NCBI GenBank assembly: GCA_040220235.1 | Contig: JAVJTO010000170.1 | Strand: one strand, 5' to 3' | Origin: Coleofasciculus sp. B1-GNL1-01 | GTDB lineage: Bacteria > Cyanobacteriota > Cyanobacteriia > Cyanobacteriales > Coleofasciculaceae | DNA length: 30,930 bases | Shown here: piece after piece, positions 1-8,915 of the stretch | Numbering within the stretch: position 1 is the stretch's first letter | How the letters are laid out: the number at the start of each line of letters is the position of its first letter | Made by a program: the position numbers and the translations under genes | The notes under the pieces: generated by a model | The model's input: the letters and a program-made list of their open reading frames with translations, nothing else | The model's database searches: none | Told to the model about the DNA's origin: nothing

Positions 1-134
1 ACGTCGGCGGATTCACTGATACCAAAAAGACTCAGAAGGTTTCTGTTTGTGACTACACCTGGAAACGAATTGGGCAATTTGCTCCTAGTAAAGTTGAGCT
101 AATCAGGAGAAATAACGGCTTATGTGTGGCGTGA
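1..134 (+). CDS. 3' end (partial) of an RRXRR-domain protein, IsrB/IscB-like IS200/IS605 accessory nuclease
   Basis: Frame from base 3 reads VGGFTDTKKTQKVSVCDYTWKRIGQFAPSKVELIRRNNGLCVA* (TGA 132-134). This resembles, from memory, the cyanobacterial RRXRR/IsrB C-terminus (G.V.G.T..QVSV.D..WKR.GQF..SKV.L.RR..GL). Not in the ORF track because it runs off the window edge. Confidence 0.75.
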   Translation, partial: VGGFTDTKKTQKVSVCDYTWKRIGQFAPSKVELIRRNNGLCVA

Positions 135-147
135 AAAAAAAAGAATT

Positions 148-240
148 GGATGCCTCCATCCTTCCGGCATCCCGCTATTCCTCCTCACCCTACGAGAGTT
201 GAGGGTGAGGACTCCCGCGAGTACGTTGAGTGAGGTACTC
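148..240 (+). mobile_element. Candidate IS200/IS605-type right end (subterminal hairpins)
   Basis: Hairpins GGATGCC(148-154)/GGCATCC(166-172), TCCTCACCCT(182-191)/AGGGTGAGGA(202-211) and GAGTAC(219-224)/GTACTC(235-240), directly after the RRXRR-like stop codon. Confidence 0.5.
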
Positions 241-242
241 CA

Positions 243-320
243 GATCCCCCTCCCGTCCCCCTTCAAAAGGGGGAAGCCAGAGGATGCTTCGCTTTTATTG
301 CACGGGGATTTAGGGGGATC
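243..320. repeat. Cyanobacterial REP/MITE-like palindromic element
   Basis: Terminal inverted repeat GATCCCCCT...AGGGGGATC with internal hairpin TCCCCCTT-CAA-AAGGGGGA. Confidence 0.65.
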
Positions 321-403
321 GACAATGTACCGCATAGCAGAGCAAACTGCTGTATTCTCAAGCCTCCCCAAAAATCGGTTGTATATTTTTGGAGCTAACC
401 GAT

Positions 404-1237
404 TTACTTCTCCTCAAAATGTATCCGTTCCTTTCCTGTATAAATATTAAATCGTTTTCCGCGCAAAAATCCGACTAAGGTGATGCCAAACTCTTTGGCT
501 AAGGCAACCGCTAAACTACTGGGTGCAGATACCGCACAAACAATCGGGACACTGGCGGTTAGACATTTCTGTACTATCTCAAAGCTAGAACGTCCACTCA
601 CCAGAACAATTGGGTTGGTTAAAGGTAATTGATTACTCAAAAAAGCAGCACCAATTAATTTATCCAGGGCGTTGTGGCGTCCCACATCTTCTCGGACTGA
701 AAGTAACTGTCCTTGGGTGTCGAATAAGGCGGCGGCGTGTAATCCTCCGGTACTTGAGAAAATCCGCTGGGCGGTGTGTAATTGTTCGGGTAAACTATAA
801 ATCACATCTGGACTAACGGTTAATCCGGCTGAGATAATTGGACATCCCCGTAAATGTAGGGCTTCTAGACTGGCTTTCCCACAAACACCACAGGCGCTGG
901 TGGTAAAAAAGTGGCGTTCTAAGGGTTGTAAATTAACCGATAATCCGGGTCGAAGTTTTACATTAACAATGTTGTAACGCTGTTCCCCATCGACATCCGG
1001 ATCAACACAATAACTAATCTGCTGAATATCATCGCGATCGCGAACCACTCCTTCAGAGTACAAAAACCCCGCCGCCAGTTCAAAATCTGCCCCTGGTGTT
1101 CGCATGGTAACGGCTACCGTTTGCTGGGGAGAAACAAGGCGAATTTCCAGGGGTTCTTCCGTCGCCACCTGATCCTGGCGCGATCGCACGTTACGATTGT
1201 CTACAACCCAAACCCTCGTTTTCGTTTTACTCCCCAC
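404..1237 (-). CDS. fdhD: Formate dehydrogenase accessory sulfurtransferase FdhD
   Basis: Motifs EEPLEI, TMRTPG.D.ELAAGFL.SEG, SACGVCG, TGGLHAA, REDVGRHNALDK, SAPSSLAV; lies 36 bp downstream of the FdhF/YdeP gene on the same strand. Confidence 0.95.
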   Translation of the reverse strand: MGSKTKTRVWVVDNRNVRSRQDQVATEEPLEIRLVSPQQTVAVTMRTPGADFELAAGFLYSEGVVRDRDDIQQISYCVDPDVDGEQRYNIVNVKLRPGLSVNLQPLERHFFTTSACGVCGKASLEALHLRGCPIISAGLTVSPDVIYSLPEQLHTAQRIFSSTGGLHAAALFDTQGQLLSVREDVGRHNALDKLIGAAFLSNQLPLTNPIVLVSGRSSFEIVQKCLTASVPIVCAVSAPSSLAVALAKEFGITLVGFLRGKRFNIYTGKERIHFEEK

Positions 1238-1273
1238 TCTGTATCCTCTGTGCCTGTGTGGTTCCCCTCTCTC

Positions 1274-3517
1274 TTACCCGATTTCCAACCGCACCAGGGC
1301 ATTATAATCAGGAATCGCCACTTCAGGCGATCGCTTATTCTTATCTAAGAGTATATTCCCTTCGGGCCAATGCACTTGCAGGTTCCCGGGTTTCACCGGG
1401 GCAGTACACACTCGTCCCTTCAATTCCCCAACTTCATTTTTAAGAATCACAGCATCCCCATCCTTTAACCCCAACGCCGAAGCATCCACCGCACTCATTA
1501 ACACCGCCTCACGCACTGCACCCGTAATCGCATCTTTCTTTTCCTGCACCATACTATTAAACTGCTTCCCACGTCGGGTGGCGACTAAGAAACATCCCTC
1601 TGGTAAATCTCGTTGTGGCGGCGATAACGGAGTAAACCGCGCCTTCCCATCGGGTGTGGGAAAAGTCCAACCAAAACAAAGATGAGAACCGCCATATTGA
1701 AACTGATCCCCCGCTTCTTTGAGATGTTGAATCCCCGCATATTGGGGAATGATTTGGGCAATTTCTTGGCGAATCGCGGCTGTTCCGTCGAAGTTTAACG
1801 GCGAATTCCCCTCATTTTCTGCGGCTAAATCGGGACGAACTCTCTGTGCCAATTCCATGAATACTTCCCATTCTGGACGCGCTTCGCCAATGCGATTTCC
1901 CTGAACTTCGGGACTGAAAATGACTCGTCGTTCTGTCGTGGTTTCGGTTACGCCTCCTGGCACTTCATACCGAGTGGTAGCGGGGAGTAGAATTACCGTA
2001 TCCGCCGGATCAACTAACATTTGGCTAGAACAAATAATATCCTGATGTACCCGCAGGGGAACGCGCTTTAATGCCGTTTCCACATAATCGGGTTCGGGTA
2101 GCACTTCTAGGAAATTTCCCCCCACGGAAAACAGGATATCTAAGTCTTCCGCATAAGCCGCTTGAATCATTTCTGATGCGGTTAATCCTGGGGAGGTTGG
2201 CAGATCAAATCCCCATTTTTCACTCAACTGTGCCGCATTTTCTGAGGTAATCGGCTTTCCTCCAGGGAGTACCGTGGCGTAGCATCCCATCTCCGCACCC
2301 CCTTGTACTCCAGAATGTCCGCGAATCGGCATCAAGCCACAGCCTTCTCTGCCGACAAAGCCTTTGGTTAGTGCTAGATTAATTAGCGATCGCACGTTAT
2401 CTTCGCCACATTCATGCTGGGTAATCCCCATACTCCAGACAAAGACAGCCTTGTTCGCCTCGGCTATCATCTGGGCAAATTCATACATCTGATCACGAGA
2501 TGCGCCAGATAGCCGTTCGAGTTCCTCCCAGGATTGGCAGTCTAGGGTGGCTTTTAAGTCCTCAAAGTTGCGCGTATAGGTGGTGATAAACGAGTGATCA
2601 ACCCAATCATTGGCGATTAAATGTTTCAGTGTACCATTAATAAACGCCATATCCCCGCCCATATTCACCAGGAAAAAGTTTTCGGCGAATTTAGTGCCAA
2701 ATAAAGCACTTTCGGGAATCGACGGCACCCAATAGCGTTCCATTCCGGGTTCCTGGTAGGTGTTAATCACGACTATTTTGGTTCCCGCTTTTTTTGCCCA
2801 GTGGAGATACTTCACCGTGACGGGTTGGTTATTTGCCACATTTGACCCAATGAATACTAATAAATCCGTTCCTATCCAATCTTTATAGGAACAGGTTGTC
2901 GCCGCTACCCCTAAGGCGTTTTTCAATCCCGCCGTACTCGGAGAATGACAAATTCGCGCCGCATTATCAATATTATTGGTTCCCATTGCCCGCACCGCTT
3001 TTTGGGCAGCATAATAGGTTTCATTAACGGTGCCGCGACTGGTGAGATAAAAGCCGAGTTTATCGGGTGTCGTGGCGCGAATGCGATTGGCGATAACATC
3101 CAGGGCTTCTTCCCAACTCACCCGACGAAATCCTTTCTCTCCCCGTTGACGCATCATCGGGTAAGGAAGTCGCCCCATCTGTCGCAGTTCAGCACTTTTT
3201 TTGCCCTGCAACTGGGATACATCTGCCAGGAGTTCGGGGTCAAAAGCTGGCATTGTATTCATCCGCAGCAGTCGCAACCGGACATTACAAACATGAATCC
3301 CCTCTAATGTCCAGTCTTTCATCCCCGTGGTGCCTAACGCACAACCGTCGCAGACGCCTTGGTTGAGGATATCCCAGGCGTAGGGAAGTTGATCCCGATT
3401 TTCCCAGATGGCGCGAAATACTTCCCAGTAATTATTCGGGTATTGTTCGCCGATACCGAAGGGTTTCCAGGTTGCCCAGTGTTCAGGCGTCCAGCGCTTT
3501 TTAGGTTGAGGTAACAT
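1274..3517 (-). CDS. FdhF/YdeP family molybdopterin oxidoreductase
   Basis: 747 aa; CDGCALG, NNIDNAARICHSPS (Cys-His), PIRGHSGVQG, TRRGKQFNSM, C-terminal IPDYNA; adjacent to fdhD. Confidence 0.9.
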   Translation of the reverse strand: MLPQPKKRWTPEHWATWKPFGIGEQYPNNYWEVFRAIWENRDQLPYAWDILNQGVCDGCALGTTGMKDWTLEGIHVCNVRLRLLRMNTMPAFDPELLADVSQLQGKKSAELRQMGRLPYPMMRQRGEKGFRRVSWEEALDVIANRIRATTPDKLGFYLTSRGTVNETYYAAQKAVRAMGTNNIDNAARICHSPSTAGLKNALGVAATTCSYKDWIGTDLLVFIGSNVANNQPVTVKYLHWAKKAGTKIVVINTYQEPGMERYWVPSIPESALFGTKFAENFFLVNMGGDMAFINGTLKHLIANDWVDHSFITTYTRNFEDLKATLDCQSWEELERLSGASRDQMYEFAQMIAEANKAVFVWSMGITQHECGEDNVRSLINLALTKGFVGREGCGLMPIRGHSGVQGGAEMGCYATVLPGGKPITSENAAQLSEKWGFDLPTSPGLTASEMIQAAYAEDLDILFSVGGNFLEVLPEPDYVETALKRVPLRVHQDIICSSQMLVDPADTVILLPATTRYEVPGGVTETTTERRVIFSPEVQGNRIGEARPEWEVFMELAQRVRPDLAAENEGNSPLNFDGTAAIRQEIAQIIPQYAGIQHLKEAGDQFQYGGSHLCFGWTFPTPDGKARFTPLSPPQRDLPEGCFLVATRRGKQFNSMVQEKKDAITGAVREAVLMSAVDASALGLKDGDAVILKNEVGELKGRVCTAPVKPGNLQVHWPEGNILLDKNKRSPEVAIPDYNALVRLEIG

Positions 3518-3628
3518 GATTTGGAGTGGTGCTAATGCTTGCGATTCTTTAACGCTACCATTTTCCTATTCTAATCCGATAGTTTGGTTCGGTCTATCGC
3601 CTTTCCACTCGATCATCAAACCTAATGC

Positions 3629-3751
3629 TAAGTAGGTCGGTGTCAATAAAGCTATCTATATTAATTTCTGTAAATAAACCTCAAACTCTTACAAATGACA
3701 AATGACAAATGACAATCTTCACCGTTCACGTTAATTATATCCACCTACTTA
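3629..3751. mobile_element. MITE-like element with TAAGTAGGT termini and internal TGACAAA heptamers
   Basis: TAAGTAGGT (3629-3637)...ACCTACTTA (3743-3751). The same left end recurs near 8824 and 12554. Confidence 0.65.
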
Positions 3752-3754
3752 GGG

Positions 3755-5131
3755 TCAAATGTCCAGCAATCCATACCGTTTCTGAAGTTGCAGCAATTTT
3801 AGTCGGGCTTCTCCTGCATTATCGGCTAAATCAGCAAACTCTAAAAACCGTTTCAACTCTTTTTTGAGCAAATTCCGTTCTACCTCTAACGTTTCCCGTC
3901 CTAAATCTGGAGGGAGAACAATCATATCAAATAAAGTTGCCCGTTCCTTATCAGGATGCGGGCGCAAAATCCGCCCCCGCCGTTGAATAAACTGGCGGGG
4001 ATTTCCACTACTAGCAAGAATAACAGCGGTTTGAATCGCTGGAATATCTACCCCTTCATCAAGACAGCGAATCGCCACCAATCCTTGTAATTTCCCGGTT
4101 TCAAATTGACGACGTAATTCTTCTCGTTCGGCTAAAGGCGTGTCTGCTGTATAGGTGTTAATCCGATATCCAAGTTCACTTCCCAATAACCGGGTTACGG
4201 CTGCTAATTGACGAGTGGTTTCCTGACTTACACTGCCTTCAACTGAACCATCTCCACAATAAAACAACGTGTGATAGGTCTCTAATCGTTCTGCCATTAA
4301 CTGTTGCAATGCGGTTAACTTGTTAGCCGCTGACCCAATTAAACGAGCGCGTTGCATTAATAAGGCAGTTACAGTATCATTATTCTGGATATCAAGACCT
4401 TCATTATTCATTAGCGCCCAGCCAATGCGTTTAGTGAATTTGGCATAAGCAATTGATTCAGTTTCGGTTAATTCCACTAATATTGGATAGTAGAGATAGT
4501 GAACTAATGCCCCTTGGTGAATCGCATCCGCTAACGTCAGTTCAGGTTGCAAAACTGAGCCAAAATAGTTGAATAAGCCGTGGGTTCCTTCTTCATCAAA
4601 ATAGCGTTCTGGTGTGGCGGATAGGGCAAGACGTAAGCCAATGTTGCGCGGTAAACTTTCTTCTAAGCGTCGAGACCCTAGGTTATGGGCTTCATCACCA
4701 ACAATTAAGGTTTTGGGGGGAAGGTATTTGAGTTGAGATTGTAACCCCTCTGTGATCAAGGTGGCGTTGGTGGTGATAATTGTCAGAAAAGATTGATTGC
4801 CCGATTGTAAGTTATAAAGGGCAGTAGAGAGTTGATTTTGCCAATGGCGTACATTTTCAAATGCCAGAATCGGTTCTAAATTAAACGTCTGACATTCTCG
4901 CGCCCATTGGGTAACTAGATGACGATAGGGACAAACAACCAGTAAGACTTGTAAGCCGATTTGGTGATAGAGTTGGGTTGCGATCGCGAGGGCGGTAATG
5001 GTTTTGCCACTCCCTGTCGCCATCTTCAGCGTACCGCGTCCCTGATTGCTAAACCAGTTGGTTATCGCTTGTTGCTGGTAGGAACGCAGGTGCAGTGATG
5101 GGGGTAGCCGGGGACAACCTGGTGATATCAT
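3755..5131 (-). CDS. SF2 DEAD/DEAH helicase (type III Res-like; DNA phosphorothioation system restriction enzyme family)
   Basis: LRSYQ Q-motif, MATGSGKT Walker A, DEAH, LSATP, CLDEGVDIP, QFIQRRGRILR. Confidence 0.85.
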   Translation of the reverse strand: MISPGCPRLPPSLHLRSYQQQAITNWFSNQGRGTLKMATGSGKTITALAIATQLYHQIGLQVLLVVCPYRHLVTQWARECQTFNLEPILAFENVRHWQNQLSTALYNLQSGNQSFLTIITTNATLITEGLQSQLKYLPPKTLIVGDEAHNLGSRRLEESLPRNIGLRLALSATPERYFDEEGTHGLFNYFGSVLQPELTLADAIHQGALVHYLYYPILVELTETESIAYAKFTKRIGWALMNNEGLDIQNNDTVTALLMQRARLIGSAANKLTALQQLMAERLETYHTLFYCGDGSVEGSVSQETTRQLAAVTRLLGSELGYRINTYTADTPLAEREELRRQFETGKLQGLVAIRCLDEGVDIPAIQTAVILASSGNPRQFIQRRGRILRPHPDKERATLFDMIVLPPDLGRETLEVERNLLKKELKRFLEFADLADNAGEARLKLLQLQKRYGLLDI

Positions 5132-5151
5132 CTCTTGAAGGCAGATGGCAG

Positions 5152-5279
5152 AGGGGAAGTTGGGGAAACTGGGGGAGCCATGTAGAGGCGTGCCATGGCA
5201 CGTCTGGAAGATAAGGGCGGGTTTTGAACCAACGTTATCATCAATAGCTGGCGCGAAGTCCCTAAACCCGCCCCTACAA
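5152..5279. repeat. Composite REP-like repeats
   Basis: GGGGAA/GGGGGA tract; palindrome GAGGCGTGCCATGGCACGTCT (near copy at about 18795-18815); AGGGCGGGTTT...AAACCCGCCCCTACA element. Confidence 0.75.
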
Positions 5280-5320
5280 ATCAGGTTCCCTTAAAGGAAG
5301 CGAAGGGTCAACACTCAACC

Positions 5321-6253
5321 CTAAAAAATTTCCCAAGCCTTTCCGCGATACCCAAAATTAAATAATTCTGGATGCAGGATTTCTGCCAAAATTTCTAACG
5401 AATCCACTAATCGGGGTCCGGGACGATTAAAATAAGCATTGCCATCGGTAATATAGACTCTCTTATTTCGTACCGCCTGTAACTCTGACCACTCTGAACG
5501 CTGAGTTAGCTGCTGGGTTTCCTGACGGGTGCGCTCTAAATCAAAACCACAGGGCATAATAATCATAACCTGGGGGTCAGTTTTCAGTAGTGCATCCCAT
5601 TCTAAGTACGGCGAATGCTTCCCCAAAGCGGCAAATAAGTGATGACCTCCAGCCATATCCACTAATTCGGGAATCCAATTCCCACTTGCCATTAACGGAT
5701 CAGTCCATTCAATCGCGGCGACTGTGGGTTGATTGGCGAGGGAGAGGTTCTGTGTCATTTGCTGAATGGTGTCCACACGAGATTGGAGTTGCTTCAGCAA
5801 GGGTTGCGAGTCTACGCCTAATGTAGCCGCTACTCGTTTAATATCTGCCCACACCTCGCTTAATTGATTCGGCTGTAAGGAAATTACTTTTGGCTGACTT
5901 TGGGTGAGCTCAGCAACCGCTTTCTCGACTTCTGGAAAATTGACCGCACAGACATCACATTGATCTTGAGTAACAATGTGGGTGGGTTGTAACTGTTCCA
6001 GGATATCGGTTTTAATTTGGTAGATGCTCAGGGCGTCCTTGACTAAGCGACGCACATCTCGGTCAATTTGGGCGCTGGGTTTTTCGGCATTCAGTCGCGC
6101 TTCGGTACAAATGGGGCGGTTTTGGATGTCGGGAGGATAGTCGCATTCGTGCGATCGCCCGACAATTGCATCGGTTAAGCCTAAAGCGGCGACAATCTCG
6201 GTAGCGCTGGGGAGTAGGGAGACTATTTTTAGGTCAGATGGTGGCATGATCAA
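5321..6253 (-). CDS. Cobalamin/Fe-siderophore-type ABC substrate-binding protein (BtuF-like)
   Basis: KIVSLLPSATEI, GRSHECDYP, QDQCDVCAV, DGNAYFNRPGPRLVDSLEILA. Confidence 0.85.
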   Translation of the reverse strand: MIMPPSDLKIVSLLPSATEIVAALGLTDAIVGRSHECDYPPDIQNRPICTEARLNAEKPSAQIDRDVRRLVKDALSIYQIKTDILEQLQPTHIVTQDQCDVCAVNFPEVEKAVAELTQSQPKVISLQPNQLSEVWADIKRVAATLGVDSQPLLKQLQSRVDTIQQMTQNLSLANQPTVAAIEWTDPLMASGNWIPELVDMAGGHHLFAALGKHSPYLEWDALLKTDPQVMIIMPCGFDLERTRQETQQLTQRSEWSELQAVRNKRVYITDGNAYFNRPGPRLVDSLEILAEILHPELFNFGYRGKAWEIF

Positions 6254-6270
6254 GGGGATTATGTTTATTT

Positions 6271-6415
6271 AACGCAGAGGACGCAGAGGGAAACGCCGAG
6301 GTACGCAGAGGGATTGAGAGGTTTTGAGGGCATGTTTTGTGTAGGGGCGGGTTTGACTACTAATATTCCTCATAACAGACTTGACTAGGTTATTACCAAC
6401 AGAAGCGGGTTGGAT
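6271..6415. repeat. ACGCAGAGG short repeats plus a partial GTAGGGGCGGGTTT REP
   Basis: Four ACGC(A/C)GAGG units at about 6272-6311; TGTAGGGGCGGGTTTG at 6340. Confidence 0.6.
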
Positions 6416-6554
6416 TGGTTAAAGGGAGTCTTTGGAAATTTATGACCCTTCACGATATTCGGGGATTTGCTTTTGATTGGCTACGTTAACCGGATCTTTG
6501 TGCTAAAACTTGTACTATTATCCGATGCCAAATTTTAGGTGATTTAGTTCTAAT

Positions 6555-8138
6555 ATGAAAGCATTGCTCGTCTATCCCCTCTTTCCCAAGACATTCTGGT
6601 CTTATGAAAAAATATTAGAATTAGTCGATCGCAAAGTTTTACTGCCTCCTTTAGGGTTGGTCACTGTTGCGGCTATTTTACCACAGACGTGGGAATTTAA
6701 ACTGGTGGATCGCAATATCCGAGCCGTCACCGAAGCGGAATGGGAATGGGCGGATATTGTGATTCTTTCAGCGATGATTGTCCAAAAAGGGGATTTACTG
6801 GCACAAATCCGGGAAGCCAAACGGCGAGGGAAACGGGTGGCTTGTGGGGGTCCTTTCCCCACCTCTGTTCCCGATGAGGTGCAGCAGGCGGGGACTGATT
6901 ATCTGATTTTAGACGAAGGCGAAATTACGTTACCCCTGTTTGTCGAGGCGATTCAACGGGGAGATGAGACGGGCATATTCCGTTCTAATGGGGAAAAACC
7001 GGATGTGACAACCACGCCAATTCCTCGGTTTGATTTATTGGAATTGGATGCTTATGATTCAATGTCGGTGCAATTCTCGCGCGGTTGTCCGTTTCAATGT
7101 GAATTTTGCGATATTATTGTCCTCTATGGACGCAAGCCCCGGACGAAAACACCCGCCCAGTTATTGGCAGAATTAGACTATCTCTATGAACTGGGATGGC
7201 GGCGGGGTGTGTTTATGGTCGATGATAATTTCATTGGCAATAAGCGGAATGTCAAATTATTGCTCAAAGAATTAAAAGTGTGGCAAGAAGCACACCAGTA
7301 TCCTTTCCGATTTAATACTGAAGCCTCGGTTGACTTGGCGCAAGACCCCGAACTGATGCAATTAATGGTCGAGTGCTATTTTGATGCCGTGTTTCTGGGA
7401 ATTGAAACCCCCGATGAGGATAGTTTACAGTTGACCAAAAAATTCCAAAATACCCGCAGTTCGTTGGCTGAATCAGTGGATATTATTACGGAGGCAGGAT
7501 TGCGTGTGATTGCTGGTTTTATTGTCGGTTTTGATGGGGAAAAATCGGGTGCGGGTTCGCGGATTGTCCGGTTTGCTGAACAGACAGGAATTCCGACTAC
7601 AACCTTTGCCATGTTGCAAGCGTTGCCGAATACAGCATTGTGGCATCGGTTAGATAAGGAGGGACGACTCCGGGGCAAAGATGGTAATATTAACCAGACC
7701 ACGTTAATGAATTTTATCCCCACTCGTCCTTTAGAAGAAATTGCCCGGGAATATGTCGAGGCGTTTTGGCAATTATATGAGCCGGAGCAATATTTAGATC
7801 GGGTGTATCGGTATTTTCTGAAACTCGGAGAACCCAAGTGTAAAACGCCGTTTAAATTGCCAAGTTGGGTAGATTTAAAGGCAGTGGCAATTGTGTGTTG
7901 GCGACAGGGGCTGAAAAGGAAAACACGCTGGAAGTTTTGGCATCATTTATTTAGTATGATTCGGCGAAATCCAGCGGTTTGGGAGCATTATTTAATTGTT
8001 TGCGCTCACAACGAGCATTTTATGGAATATCGTCACATTGTCCGGGAGCAAATTGAGGGACAGTTGGCGGAGTTTTTGGCACGAGAGGAGAAGTTAAAAG
8101 CCTCTACAGAGAATCGGAAAACTCAGGTGGCTGTATAA
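6555..8138 (+). CDS. B12-binding domain radical SAM protein (DUF4070-type)
   Basis: N-terminal B12-binding region (PPLGL, GGPFPT, DEGE); CPFQCEFC CxxxCxxC motif; VDDNFIG. Confidence 0.92.
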   Translation: MKALLVYPLFPKTFWSYEKILELVDRKVLLPPLGLVTVAAILPQTWEFKLVDRNIRAVTEAEWEWADIVILSAMIVQKGDLLAQIREAKRRGKRVACGGPFPTSVPDEVQQAGTDYLILDEGEITLPLFVEAIQRGDETGIFRSNGEKPDVTTTPIPRFDLLELDAYDSMSVQFSRGCPFQCEFCDIIVLYGRKPRTKTPAQLLAELDYLYELGWRRGVFMVDDNFIGNKRNVKLLLKELKVWQEAHQYPFRFNTEASVDLAQDPELMQLMVECYFDAVFLGIETPDEDSLQLTKKFQNTRSSLAESVDIITEAGLRVIAGFIVGFDGEKSGAGSRIVRFAEQTGIPTTTFAMLQALPNTALWHRLDKEGRLRGKDGNINQTTLMNFIPTRPLEEIAREYVEAFWQLYEPEQYLDRVYRYFLKLGEPKCKTPFKLPSWVDLKAVAIVCWRQGLKRKTRWKFWHHLFSMIRRNPAVWEHYLIVCAHNEHFMEYRHIVREQIEGQLAEFLAREEKLKASTENRKTQVAV

Positions 8139-8180
8139 CGTGATTCAAGTTTCTCTCCTACTGGTTTGGCACAGCTAAGT

Positions 8181-8277
8181 CAGTAAACAGTGATCAGTGA
8201 ACAGTTATCAATAAGCAGTGCTAAGTCTGTGATACCTGATAACTGACAACTGATAACTGACAACTGACAACTGACAA
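8181..8277. terminator. Heptamer STRR inverted array between convergent genes, likely terminator/processing hairpin
   Basis: CAGT(A/G)A.. / CAGTTATCA units facing CTGA(T/C)AA x6. Confidence 0.5.
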
Positions 8278-8294
8278 GGAAACGTCTTGCGAAA

Positions 8295-8681
8295 CTAAGA
8301 TAAATCTAAGTTGGTTTTATTAGCAATCTGATCCTGTACTCCCATCTTAATGTCTTGAGCTATCTTCGTGAATTTATCGAGGCTCTTGGGTTGAGACTGT
8401 ACCGTATCCGCTATAGCTTGGATGCTTTTAGCAACCTCTGAGTCGGTTTTGGCGACTTCTTCTATATGTTTGGCAATGCGAGCCGCTTGATTGCCATTTA
8501 ATGGCTGTTGCTCAGTTAATTCTATCTCAGTTGCCGTTGTGGGAAATCTATCTTGAAGTAGATGCCATAATTTGTGCCGTTGTTCAAGCAACTGTCCTTC
8601 GATTGGTTCACCTGTTTTTTCTACAGCGTTTGTCAGTACCAAGGTAGCAATTGCTGGTTCTGTTAGTGAAGTGGATGTCAT
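8295..8681 (-). CDS. Hypothetical protein (128 aa, small helical cyanobacterial protein)
   Basis: ATG-started ORF filling the gap; no recognisable catalytic motif. Confidence 0.7.
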   Translation of the reverse strand: MTSTSLTEPAIATLVLTNAVEKTGEPIEGQLLEQRHKLWHLLQDRFPTTATEIELTEQQPLNGNQAARIAKHIEEVAKTDSEVAKSIQAIADTVQSQPKSLDKFTKIAQDIKMGVQDQIANKTNLDLS

Positions 8682-8915
8682 AAAGCATTATTATTGATCA
8701 ACGGTTATACCTTAGCAAAGCATACCGAGGCAAGTTTATCGTCTATGAAAAGTTAGAGTTTGAGCAATACTGGCATTTCTCCTTCTGCGTAGAAGAAGCC
8801 CATAGCGCTTCTTTGCCTGCGATTAAGTAGGTTGGTGGAAATTAGCGGATGTCGGGGCTTACTGATAAACGTGCAAGATGTAAGGTTAACCTAATCCTTG
8901 AGTGGAGGCAAGTTT

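Noticed and set aside
120..450. ORFs 120..371 (-) and 124..450 (+)
   Set aside because: They span hairpins and REP sequence after the RRXRR-like stop and have no protein-like motifs.
6254..6554. Cobalamin riboswitch between the B12-related genes
   Set aside because: No recognisable B12-box; the region consists of short repeats and a promoter-like AT-rich stretch.
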